Origin: Chrysemys picta bellii | Lineage: Eukaryota | Assembly (NCBI RefSeq): GCF_011386835.1 | Contig: NC_088801.1 | Span: forward strand, 34,720,001 to 34,784,000 | DNA length: 64,000 nt | Reading direction: 5' to 3' | Part shown: positions 26,297 through 36,200 of the stretch, piece by piece | Numbering within the stretch: position 1 is the stretch's first letter | How the letters are laid out: each line of letters opens with the position of its first letter | Made by a program: the position numbers and the translations under genes | Notes under the pieces: generated by a model | Seen by the model: the letters and a program-made list of their open reading frames with translations, nothing else | The model's database searches: none | What the model was told of the DNA's origin: nothing

Positions 26297-27039
26297 TTAT
26301 TTTTAAATAAACATTTTACAGAGGTGAGCCCCAAACCCAGATTCAAACTTTCCTATATTTGGAATTTGGATTCAGGGTGAAATCCTGGCCCCATTTAAGT
26401 CAATGGGAATTCTGTCATTGACACCAAAGTAGTCAGGATTTCACACCCAGGATTTTGGTTTGCCCATTAGAGAGTCAAGTTTCAAACTTTCCCAAAGTTC
26501 AATGGTGTTCTGCTGCCTTTTTAAGTTGGCTTGGTGTTGCTTTTTTGGTAGTGGTGAGATTATTTGTTTGTTGTTGGTTTTTGGGGGGAGGGAAGGGGGT
26601 TGTTATTTTATTCTGGTCCCTCTCTGTAGTTTAAAATTTGTTTTTTTTTCTAATTCTACAAAGAGCCTACATGGAAAATCTTAACAGAAATACTCTGGAT
26701 AAATTGCTGAACTATTTTAAAAATGAAGTGGGGAAAAATATCCAGTTTCACAACAGTTTTAAAGAACTGCACCGTATTTTAAGAAATTTATTATTAATTT
26801 AAAACAATAACATCAAGGAGATGAAAGACTCAATGAAGGTTTTGGGATTTTTTCCCCTGACTTCCTAAAAGAAATGAACCATTTATCATGAATATTTGTA
26901 CAATGTGTATTTTGTCTTTTTAAACAGAAGTTGCAGTTTATTCCCTGCACATTTTTCAGTGGGATTTTTTTTATTTTAGAAGACCTAGTGACAACATTTT
27001 TAAACATATACAGGAAAAAAATACCTCTGCAAACATATA

Positions 27040-27332
27040 GGCTGTGTCTACACTATGAGCTGGGGTTGTGATTGTCCTGGCCATGTACACTCACTCTAGC
27101 TTTCATTGAATTAGCATGAGTATAAACAGCAGTGTAGCTGCAGCATGGCTTAACTATGCTAAGTATGTACCCACCAGTTTCATGTGGGTTTGTACTCGGT
27201 ATGGCTAAGCTGTGCCTTTGCTGCCACTACCCATGCTACCATTTATCCTAGCACTAGCTTAATAAGAACTAGTGCAAGTATATGTACATGAACAGAGAAA
27301 TCACACCCCTAGCTCATAGTGTAGATACAGCC
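27040..27332. mobile_element. PIF/Harbinger-like MITE
   Basis: Long TIRs GGCTGTGTCTACACTATGAGCT / AGCTCATAGTGTAGATACAGCC (1 mismatch) and a 3-bp TSD ATA. Confidence 0.8.
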
Positions 27333-27499
27333 ATAGAATATAAAAGATTATAACCATTCTCTGATTAGCTAGTTTCTCTTATTCTAAGTGACCATGGCTT
27401 TGTAATGGTTAATATTTCATCCATTTAATATCACTAATTATTTTCCCTCTACAGCTTTGATGGGTTAGTTATAGCCTGATATAAAAAAACACTGTGGTA

Positions 27500-27853
27500 N
27501 NNNNNNNNNNNNNNNNNNNNNNNNNNNNNNNNNNNNNNNNNNNNNNNNNNNNNNNNNNNNNNNNNNNNNNNNNNNNNNNNNNNNNNNNNNNNNNNNNNNN
27601 NNNNNNNNNNNNNNNNNNNNNNNNNNNNNNNNNNNNNNNNNNNNNNNNNNNNNNNNNNNNNTAATCCTGCATTCATACTCATCTGAATTATTTTATTGTT
27701 CAAGTCTTCTATTNNNNNNNNNNNNNNNNNNNNNNNNNNNNNNNNNNNNNNNNNNNNNNNNNNNNNNNNNNNNNNNNNNNNNNNNNNNNNNNNNNNNNNN
27801 NNNNNNNNNNNNNNNNNNNNNNNNNNNNNNNNNNNNNNNNNNNNNNNNNNNNN
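27500..27853. other. Two N-runs (27500-27661, 27713-27853) separated by a 51-base island
   Basis: Directly visible. Confidence 0.98.
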
Positions 27854-29795
27854 AACTATCAGCACATTCCAAATATAGAGACTGAAGGGGAAAAAATTGA
27901 TTGCAGATGTCTACATTTTTAAATAAATAAATAATTCATCAGCACTAAATAAAAAATTAATTTTAAAGTACAATTCAGATCATTTGTTGGATGATGTACC
28001 AAATAATCAGAAGATGAGAGTGACTCCCTTTAAGTAGCAAGTTAAAACAGAGTGGTTGCATGTTCTTGTAGACAGGGGGATTCCTTTGACTCCCTAATTC
28101 TTCCACATATTAAATATGGAAATGGGAGGTGGAGCCCAGTGCCTTGGCGGACTTGGTCCCCATTTGTCTACGGCAGCTGTAAAAACTGCGATGCTGTCCA
28201 GTGAGGCAGGCCAGCAGCCTTACCACAGCAGCACCAAGGTTGGGTGAACAAAAGGAATACTTTCCCCTGCAATACACTCAGCCAAGAGTGTTGAGCACAA
28301 GGTATAAACCCTACCCTTACCATTCTTTTATGCTTTTTTCAGCCACTATCAGAGCTAATTTCAGGGGCAAGTTTGGTAAAAGTCCCCATAGTCACCAGAG
28401 TTAAGAGAGGTAAATTTTATGGCCCTTAAAATACCAGTAACCCCACACTAAAACAGCGGAGAGCTGAGGGGGAAAAAAATCTTAGAAAAAAGGGGAAAAA
28501 GAAAAAAAAATCAGGTTATGGCCAGTCTACAGAGGACCTGATTCGAGTCTGCTGCCCCTTTGGAGACAGAAAAAAATTCTGTACAGGCTCTGTGCAAGGA
28601 GTTATAGGGAGAGTCAGCCCAGCCAATCCAAACATCTTACTCATCCTCCCATAGCATGGAGACTGAAGAACCCCATCATTACTGAATTTTTGTGAGAATG
28701 GCAATCTTACAGTGGACGTGCAGCAGAACCCTAGGATACTTACAGTAGCAAAGCAAAGAAGAGGTTGAACACCTTTTCAAACTCAAATCATGTTCTCTAG
28801 CTGTTAAAGACAGTTTAACTGAACAGTCAAGATATTTTATTGAAATGGTCAGTATAGATAATTGTTCCTCTTCAGTTTAGAAAATTAAAGAGTGGCAACT
28901 GATGACACTAGAACAGCTTTTGCCATTTGAGAATTTGTTTCTAGGTTTCATAGTCATTCAGCATATGAGAAATTTGTATGGGCGGTAATGAAATATGATG
29001 TGTTTTTCTTATTTTAATTCTAGAGAAATAAATACAGAATCCAGGACTAGAACAATCCTAGTCATCTGAATAATGAGGTCTAACAATGGGAGAAAAGGAT
29101 AGATAAGAATGTATACTACTTTTGTTTGTTTGTTTAACACAATGCAGTCTAATTAATGTAATCCACTAAATACAAATTATTTTAAAATAATTTCAACCAG
29201 TTTTATTCCATGTAATATCTTTAGAAATTCATGTACTTTATTAATTTTGATATAAACAGTGTTAAGGAAGCCATCATTATGATAATAAATTTTTAACATG
29301 CATCCTGACAACATTTCAATTTCCTTTGACCTTTTAAACAACACTTTCCTGTAGAATTATTTTTCTCTCCGTAGTGTACAGTGACATTCACTCTTCCCAG
29401 ATTTGAATCCCACCCTGTGTAGAATTATTATAAAAGTGCTTCAAAATTACTAACCTACACCTGAGAGAGAACTCCAAGATAAAATTCCAAAGACAAACCA
29501 ATTCCTCTAAGATTAAAATGTGAGCACTCATTTTAAGATTTAGCAAGTTTAAATTTTACTTACTAAAACACAAATCAATGTTGTACTTATTCGGGCTTCA
29601 TCCAACACCCACTGAAGTCAAGAGCAGGGTTGCCACTTCAATAGGGGTTGGATCAGGTCTCACCAAATGTTACACTTCTCCCAGACAGGGATGGTTTTAA
29701 ATTGAAGGATTTTATTAAAACTTTTGCATTATGCAAAACAAAACCAAAAACAAAGCAAACACAGCTTGCCACAAGCCCCGTTGCTGGAGTCTCAC

Positions 29796-29916
29796 CGGAG
29801 TACTAAATTCTTCTGATGAGTGTTTGGCACACTCATTGGCTTTAACGAGGTCTGTGACTTCCTTTGAATTAGACTCCCCTGATAGCAGCCATTCAGCATC
29901 TTTCAGCAGAACAATG
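29796..29916 (-). CDS. Candidate internal coding exon, product unknown
   Basis: Open frame IVLLKDAEWLLSGESNSKEVTDLVKANECAKHSSEEFSTP ends at a strong donor CCG|GTGAGA. Acceptor is weak (AG at 29917-18 or 29900-01). No homologue recognised. Confidence 0.3.
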
Positions 29917-30501
29917 CTTTAATATACATATTCTAATTTATGTGTTCTACACTAGCTCAAGTAATGATTTCCTTCAAAAACTCTAATTATTAAAAACTTC
30001 TTTAATGTATAACCTGAAGCCAATTCTGAGCATAAAAGCAACATTGTACAGATAGTTACACAAGAATACATTTTAAGTTGAGGAGAGATTTGGGTTCTCA
30101 TCCTCTTCTCTATGATAGAGACGCTTGGCTTCAAAGCAGACAACATCTATTCAATTTTGGGGTCCAGTCATGGAAAAGATTCTTCTCTAGCTGCAACAAG
30201 TTATGAATATGTTGACATTTAAACAGAAGTCAGCTATCTTTTAAGAAAATGGAAACAGAGCTACTGAGGATGAAAGTTGGAGAGTTAGAGGAATCTGTTA
30301 TAAAAGTTTACAGGTTAGGGGAAAATATATAATTAAGTTATAAACTAAATGCTTTTAGTTAAGTTAAACAATTATTTATATATTTTAAAATTGCCCCCTC
30401 TCAGTTAGTTTCATATTCAGTCAAAGCTAATTAAGCCACACCCCCATTCTTGCAAAAACTTAAACACTTGTTCAGTCCCATGGAACCGCTTGCGTGCTTA
30501 C

Positions 30502-30667
30502 AGCTAGATACATGTCTTTGCAGGATAGGGGCCAAAGTCTCTTTAATCGGTAACTCCTGTCCAAGATCAATATTGTTTGGAAGTGACCACTCCTCCAAAT
30601 GAAATACAACTTTAAAAAGACAGGATTTTCCTGAACGCAGCACAATTAACTCACACAGAAATCGCAT
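30502..30667 (-). CDS. Candidate coding exon, product unknown
   Basis: Acceptor TTTTAAACAG|, open frame MRFLCELIVLRSGK...EEWSLPNNIDLGQELPIKETLAPILQRHVSS, donor |GTAAGC, locally retained CpGs. Confidence 0.28.
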
Positions 30668-31437
30668 CTGTTTAAAAGCCAACAGGGTCCACTACATATG
30701 AAATGATAGTTCAATGATAAGGCCCTACTTAACTTGTGATATTGTGGGGTCCTCAGTATTAGGCTTCCATCGCAATGTTGATGGTGGGAGCCCCACTGTG
30801 AATGGTTTTGAGTGGGAGGGCACTTCTCTGAGCCACAGGCAACCAACGCTCAACCTATCCAATTTTATCAATCCTGGGCTGAGCCCAGACTGGGAAAATC
30901 TCACCTCCATACAGCAAACATTCAGGAACATATAAGCAACTGAAAATTGGGTTTAGAATAAAAATACTAGGCAAATATAACAGCAGTTGTCTCTATCATG
31001 CCATTTATAATACGTAATCCTACTCTTTCCATGGAGTTAGGGAAATATTTGAATTCATACTTTTACAAATGTATTTGAATACAATCAGTAATTTCTAAAT
31101 TTAAAGTAAAAATGGAATTTGGTAATGCATTATTGATTTATTAGGGATTGTGTGATTTATGAAAGAGCAATGTTTGTTTGAGTCAAACAAACAAAAATAC
31201 ACAAAGTCATAGAACCTTGTCAAGACCTTCTCTAAGGGGGAAAGTCTCCTCCATCTGGTAGGGACTGTTCTGCTAGCCCTACCTCTTCCACCAGTCTCCC
31301 TGGGGTTGTGTGGAGCCTTGGAATAAAATCGAAATTCTTCCCATTACTGCTGACCTTGAATCCACACACAGTCTAGAAGTTAGGTTGAAAGCCATGTGCT
31401 TGGCTCAGGCATTATTCCCAGAAGAACATCCCATTAT

Positions 31438-31664
31438 GCTTGGTGTGCTAGCAGAGCACCTCACCCTCCCTGATTGAACTAACCTCGTTATCTCCATACT
31501 GATTTATACCTGCCTCAGGAAATTTCCATTACTTGCATCTGATGAAGTGGGCATTCACCCATGAAAGCTTATGCTCCAATACTTCTGTTAGTCTTAAAGG
31601 TGCCACAGGACCCTCTGTTGCTTTTTACAGATTCAGACTAACACGGCTACCCCTCTGATACTTG
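31438..31664 (+). mobile_element. Penelope-like terminal-repeat insertion (second family) containing a hammerhead motif
   Basis: 10-bp TSD ATCCCATTAT (31428-31437, 31665-31674). Closely similar to the reverse complement of 32416-32550. Confidence 0.85.
31535..31574 (+). ncRNA. Minimal type I hammerhead ribozyme motif (putative)
   Basis: GCAT-CTGATGA-A-GTGGG-cattca-CCCAT-GAAA-GCTT-ATGC: stem I GCAU/AUGC, CUGANGA core, 5-bp stem II, GAAA, palindromic AGCU stem III. Predicted cleavage after CUU (31570/31571). Activity untested. Confidence 0.7.
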
Positions 31665-31883
31665 ATCCCATTATATGTAAACCTGGCTGGAGAACTCTTG
31701 GTCCTTTTACCTTCCATCAGACGGCTACCATTGCGGTCTTACTTTTGGGCTACTGTGCTGAAGTGGAAAATGGAACTTTCCTCTCTTTGAACAGAATAAG
31801 GTATTTTCTGTTGTTGGGAAGTGAAAACTGGGTTTCTCCTGCCATCCACAAACCAGGTGAAGGAAATAGTGGATAATTGGATT

Positions 31884-32010
31884 CAGGAGTGCTGGGACAA
31901 TTTGTATAGTGGGAGTGCTGAGAGCGATTGAACCAAACTGTAAATCCTCTATATAATGGAAACCACTTCAAGTCAGGGGGTGCAGCAGCACCCTAAGTTT
32001 CAGCACCTAT
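31884..32010. mobile_element. Short DNA-transposon-derived (hAT-like) repeat
   Basis: CAGGAGTGCTGGGAC...TTCAGCACCTATG termini are roughly inverted. Family recognised from recall only. Confidence 0.45.
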
Positions 32011-32415
32011 GCTTGGTGTGTTATGGTGAGGACTTTAGCCTTCTATGTTAATGTTGCAGAAGACAAGGTCATAAATTACAATTCAAGCAACAAATGTGCA
32101 GCAATTTACACTAATTAAACTAATTAAAAAAATTAGTTTTAACTGGACAACAGTCTGTTGATAAGTATCAGCTACTTCTCAAAGTAGGCCATTTTATTAT
32201 TCGTGTCAACAATTGCTGAGATTTTGAGTCTAATCACTTAGATACATAATGTAGGGACTGGTCCTGAACTGATATGCATCATAAATCAGGTTGTATAGGC
32301 ACTTTCGTGGAGCTTATTATGACATTTTGCAAAAGAATATTGGTTCTGACATCCAATTAAGTCCTAAGTTGGAAATTTAAAAAAAAAAACAGCTATGAAT
32401 ATCAGGTTTCTTAGA

Positions 32416-32550
32416 TCAGAGGGGTAGCCGTGTTAGTCTGAATCTGTAAAAAGAAACAGAGGGTCCTGTGGCACCTTTGAGACTAACAGAAGTACTGGGA
32501 GCATAAGCTTTCGTGGGTAAGAACCTCACTTCTTCAGATGCAAGATGCAA
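32416..32550 (-). mobile_element. Penelope-like terminal-repeat insertion (same family as 31438-31664), opposite orientation
   Basis: 10-bp TSD GTTTCTTAGA (32406-32415, 32551-32560). Carries a 7-bp duplication ATGCAAG at its 5' end. Confidence 0.85.
32501..32541 (-). ncRNA. Minimal type I hammerhead ribozyme motif (putative)
   Basis: Minus strand reads GCAT-CTGAAGA-A-GTGAG-gttctta-CCCAC-GAAA-GCTT-ATGC. Core complete; one A-C mismatch in stem II. Confidence 0.65.
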
Positions 32551-33180
32551 GTTTCTTAGAGACTCCTTTCCTTACATGGATGTCTGTGATGGTGGTAATT
32601 TTGGTAAGAAATGCTGCGTGGCATTGTAGAATGTCAAGTTTGTAAATGCTGCTACATGATAGTGAAGTAGCAGTGTCTGATGTATTTCAGATGAAGATAT
32701 GTAATTTACTCATAACTAAATGTAAATCTACTCAAGATAATTTGTTAACATTAGAAGAACTTTTTCTTTTTTTTAAATGAGATTCAGATTTGAAAATAGG
32801 TGAGTTTGAGAGAAAATACCACTGAAACTCATGCAAAAAATCCTATTTTTAACTTGTTACAAAGTGAAAAACAGCCACTTCCTGGAAATTTCACAGGAAA
32901 TAAAAAATAGAATCCGTGCAACGATGAAAAATAAAAAGTTCAGATATTTCCACATGAAATTTAATGATGCATACATTTTGTATTCCACACAACTCTAGTT
33001 CGAGGCCCCTACTGACTTCTTATTGTTCTAAATAAAGTATCATCAAGCAACAAATAATGTGACCGTGGTAACTGTCACCTTCACTATATAAGGGGCTGCA
33101 AATGAATGGCTTTGCAGGGGGCCCCAAGATTGGTCCTGCCAAGTTATTTCATTCTCTCTTCTTCTTATTTTTCTCCTCAG

Positions 33181-33328
33181 CTATGAACAAACTGAAAACT
33201 CCTACACAGAAGAAAAAGATGAAATCTACCCAGAGAGAGTCATGGAGAGCAGCTTAGAGTTAAATAATGGAACAGCTTTGTGGTTACCGTTCAGGCAGCT
33301 CTCCAAGTCGGGGCTATCAGGCAATGAG
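33181..33328 (+). CDS. Candidate internal coding exon, product unknown
   Basis: Very strong polypyrimidine acceptor (TTCTCTCTTCTTCTTATTTTTCTCCTCAG|), open frame YEQTENSYTEEKDEIYPERVMESSLELNNGTALWLPFRQLSKSGLSGNE, modest donor GAG|GTAGAA. Confidence 0.3.
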
Positions 33329-33624
33329 GTAGAATAATGAAGCTACTCCTTCAGATAAGAGATCTGCTTTATAAATATGATCTTTTGTACAGCAGCTGTA
33401 GGAGAACTGTACCCTTGAAAATAAGCTTGTCATCTCTCTGAGAGTAGGTGAAGTGGCTCTGGTTTGTGTATGCTTATGAGTTTCTGGTAACACTGGTAAT
33501 TTTATAGAAATAAAAACAGAAAAGTAAATCTTCAGGAGGAAAAGCTTGTTAATGTGTAACAATCCAGGGATGAACGCCTATATATGTGTGGTGACCAGCT
33601 AACCAAATGTGTGTGGCTTGAAGA

Positions 33625-33676
33625 ACAAGACTCAACCTTTGGCTCCAAAAGCACAGGCTTTTTCCACTTGAGCTAA
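33625..33676 (-). mobile_element. tRNA-derived SINE head remnant
   Basis: Minus strand TTAGCTCAAGTGGAAAAGCCTGTGCTTTTGGAGC carries an A-box-like motif; no intact cloverleaf. Confidence 0.35.
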
Positions 33677-34289
33677 GAGAGACCCTCCCTTCCCTGTCAG
33701 TAGTGTGGGGTTACATCCTCTTTTGAAGCCACTAGAGTAGGAGAGCATTACCTAATAAAATACTTGAACAGGTCTGACATTCCATCCAGCAGAAAAACCA
33801 CTACATTACAAACTCAAAAACACTGGACATGTGCTGTATACAGATGTTTGCTGTATGTCAACATGCCAAACTAACATGAAATTTGCAACCACAATGAGCT
33901 TTTATGTCCAATTGCTCTATTTAGGGAAAGTATATTCCCCAGAGAAAGCATAAGTAAGGTCTTTCATCAAAGGTTTTAGGGTAGGGCAATGGTCAATAGA
34001 GCATTATTTAAAAGTTTAACAATCAAAACCAAATGTATAGATTTAACTTTTTTGCTGGTTTTACAAAATAGTCCCACATTTCTCCTTTGCCTGGTATATT
34101 TTTTGCTTGCTTTTCTTATACAAAAACTGCAGTTTTGTTATTATTAATAATAAATAGTGTGCATTGCATTGATATATGTAGTGCCATTTATCACAAAGGA
34201 CTGCAAAGCTTATTACAAACTTTATAGCACTAATTTCTCCCATCTCCAAAATGGAGCTGAGAAGACCTATTATATTAAAAGTTGTGAGG

Positions 34290-34565
34290 AAACATGGTGC
34301 CATGGATAGAGCACTGGACTAAGACTCAGAAGACATGGATTTTATTCCTGGTTCTATCACTGACCTGCTGAGTGACATTGGACAAGTCAACTCACATCTC
34401 TGTCTACGCTCTGCTTCCATCTTTTGTTTGTCTTGCCTGTTTAGATTGTAAGCTCTTCAAGACAGAGACTGTCCTTTTTTATGTATTTGTACAGATCTAG
34501 CACAATGAAACTTCTATCTCAGTTGGGGGACTCTATGTGCTACTGTAATGCAAATAAATAATAAA
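34290..34565 (+). mobile_element. MIR/CORE-type SINE with L2-derived tail
   Basis: tRNA-like head (GGATAGAGCACTGGACTAAGACTCAGAAGAC), core (GACCTGCTGAGTGACATTGGACAAGTCA), L2 tail (TTAGATTGTAAGCTCTTC...TGTACAG...AGCACAATG) and a (TAAA)n end. Confidence 0.75.
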
Positions 34566-35195
34566 TGTAGGTGAGTAACTGTATTTGAAGGGAAGCTTTT
34601 GTTTTCTACAGTAATTTGTTTTCAATTGAGACATTTTGTAATAGGGCACATTTTAGCACTTAATACAATAAATAAAATTTAGTGTATCGTGGGCAATGAA
34701 GGATTTCTCCTTACACCTTAGTCTCCATTACATAGTAAATACCATTTGTGTGTACGACATGCCTTTGAAAACATTCCCTTAGACATAAGTGGGAGTGAGG
34801 TGCCAACTCCCATTGACTTTCAATGGAAGATGAGCCCCAAACAGCCCTTTGCACCTTTGAGCATCTCATCCACTCATTTTTGAGGCCTCAGAAAGATGTA
34901 TCCAGAAAAACCCATTCCACCCAAGACAAAAAAATAAGAATCTTATAAAATTGAAATATTTTCTATTATTTCCCCCCATTCCAGCACTCTTTCCAACATT
35001 TTTATCATATATTTTATTACTTTTAAATAAATTGATACAAAGGGGCACAACACAGAAAAAATTACGATCACTGTATAACTGTGAGATCAATATGAGATTC
35101 AGAAATTCAGAGGAAAGTATTCAAATGACTTTGCAGAATGAATATCCAACTGTGTACAGCAAGTGCTGTCTTTCAGAAAAAAAGCTTAACATGCC

Positions 35196-35863
35196 TGTGG
35201 TGGGGCAGCTGCCCCATTCCTGGAAAACAAGAATTAAAAGCAGCCCTGAAGAGGCTGCATCTGTGAAAGTCTAGGCTGATAGGGGAAGCAGCCACAGCTG
35301 TGCCCAGCTCAATCAGGGCCCAGCTGGCCCTTATAAGAGGGATGGGGGCCAGGAGCTGAAGAGAGTCTCTCTCCCCCTTCTTGGGAGAGAAAGACCTGCC
35401 TGCCTGGGAGAGAAGGGTACCTGAGGTGGAGCAGTGTGCTAGGGAAGGCCAGAGGAGCTGGGGAGCTCCAGCCTGAAAAACACCCAGGCGGCAAGCCTTG
35501 TTAAAGACAGGAAAGGTACTGGGGCTTCAGAGGGGCAGTCCAGAGATAGGCAGAGGCAGCTGGTCCAACCCCCCTTGCCGATGATGAGAGGTTTATAGAC
35601 TGCAGTCTGCCCCAGTGAGTGGGGGCTAGATGACGACTGGTAGTAGCCACTAAGGCAAGATGGGGATAGAGGGTTGGGGGTTCCCCTGGGTGGGTTACTG
35701 CTGGGAGCAGAACCCTGATGTAAAGGGTACTGGAGTCCGGGAGGGACACGGGGGCCAATGGTAGGCGAGACATCAGCCTGCAGAGGGCGCTCCGGGCTGG
35801 AAGAGCTAATTCCCAGGACGACCAGCAGGAGGTGCTGCGCCGGTGAGTCTTCGCCCTGCCACA
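35196..35863 (+). mobile_element. Solo LTR (668 bp), LTR retrotransposon or ERV, Gypsy-like
   Basis: Starts TG and ends CA, with a perfect 5-bp TSD ATGCC (35191-35195, 35864-35868). GC-rich relative to flanks, with TATA-like TTATAAGAGG near 35330. Strand inferred from that motif. Confidence 0.85.
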
Positions 35864-35989
35864 ATGCCAAACAAACCTGAGTAAATTCTACATTTGTGCT
35901 GTTATTCTACCTAAGTTGCTAGTAGCTATCCAGAGAAAGCAGCAATAGGAAGAAAGCCCTTAGCTACATCTCTCCCTTCATGCCATTTC

Positions 35990-36200
35990 TTCTCTCCATC
36001 TCTATCCAAGGGTTATTTCTTCCTAGTGGACTCATCCAGGGTGCACTCCTTTGCTCTCACCTTTTCTTCTCTCCTCTTTCTGTACGATCACCCTTGAGTG
36101 TCTCCCTTCCTCATCTGCAATATTCATCCCCTCCCTTTGCCCCCCTACCCTGTGAATTATCATCCCTCTTTCTTTAGACCTCTCTGGACACCTCTATTCT
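35990..36200 (+). mobile_element. Old L2/CR1-type RT remnant
   Basis: GLIQGALLCSHLFFS resembles the non-LTR RT motif GVPQGSVLGPLLFS. Confidence 0.35.

Noticed and set aside
7383-32550. Recurrent similar short sequences as a possible CRISPR-like array
   Set aside because: Irregular kilobase spacing, mixed orientation, individual TSDs and a vertebrate context make these dispersed retroelement copies; no cas genes.
33625-33676. Possible tRNA gene (also about 48410-48470)
   Set aside because: Only A-box-like SINE heads; no cloverleaf or intact B box.
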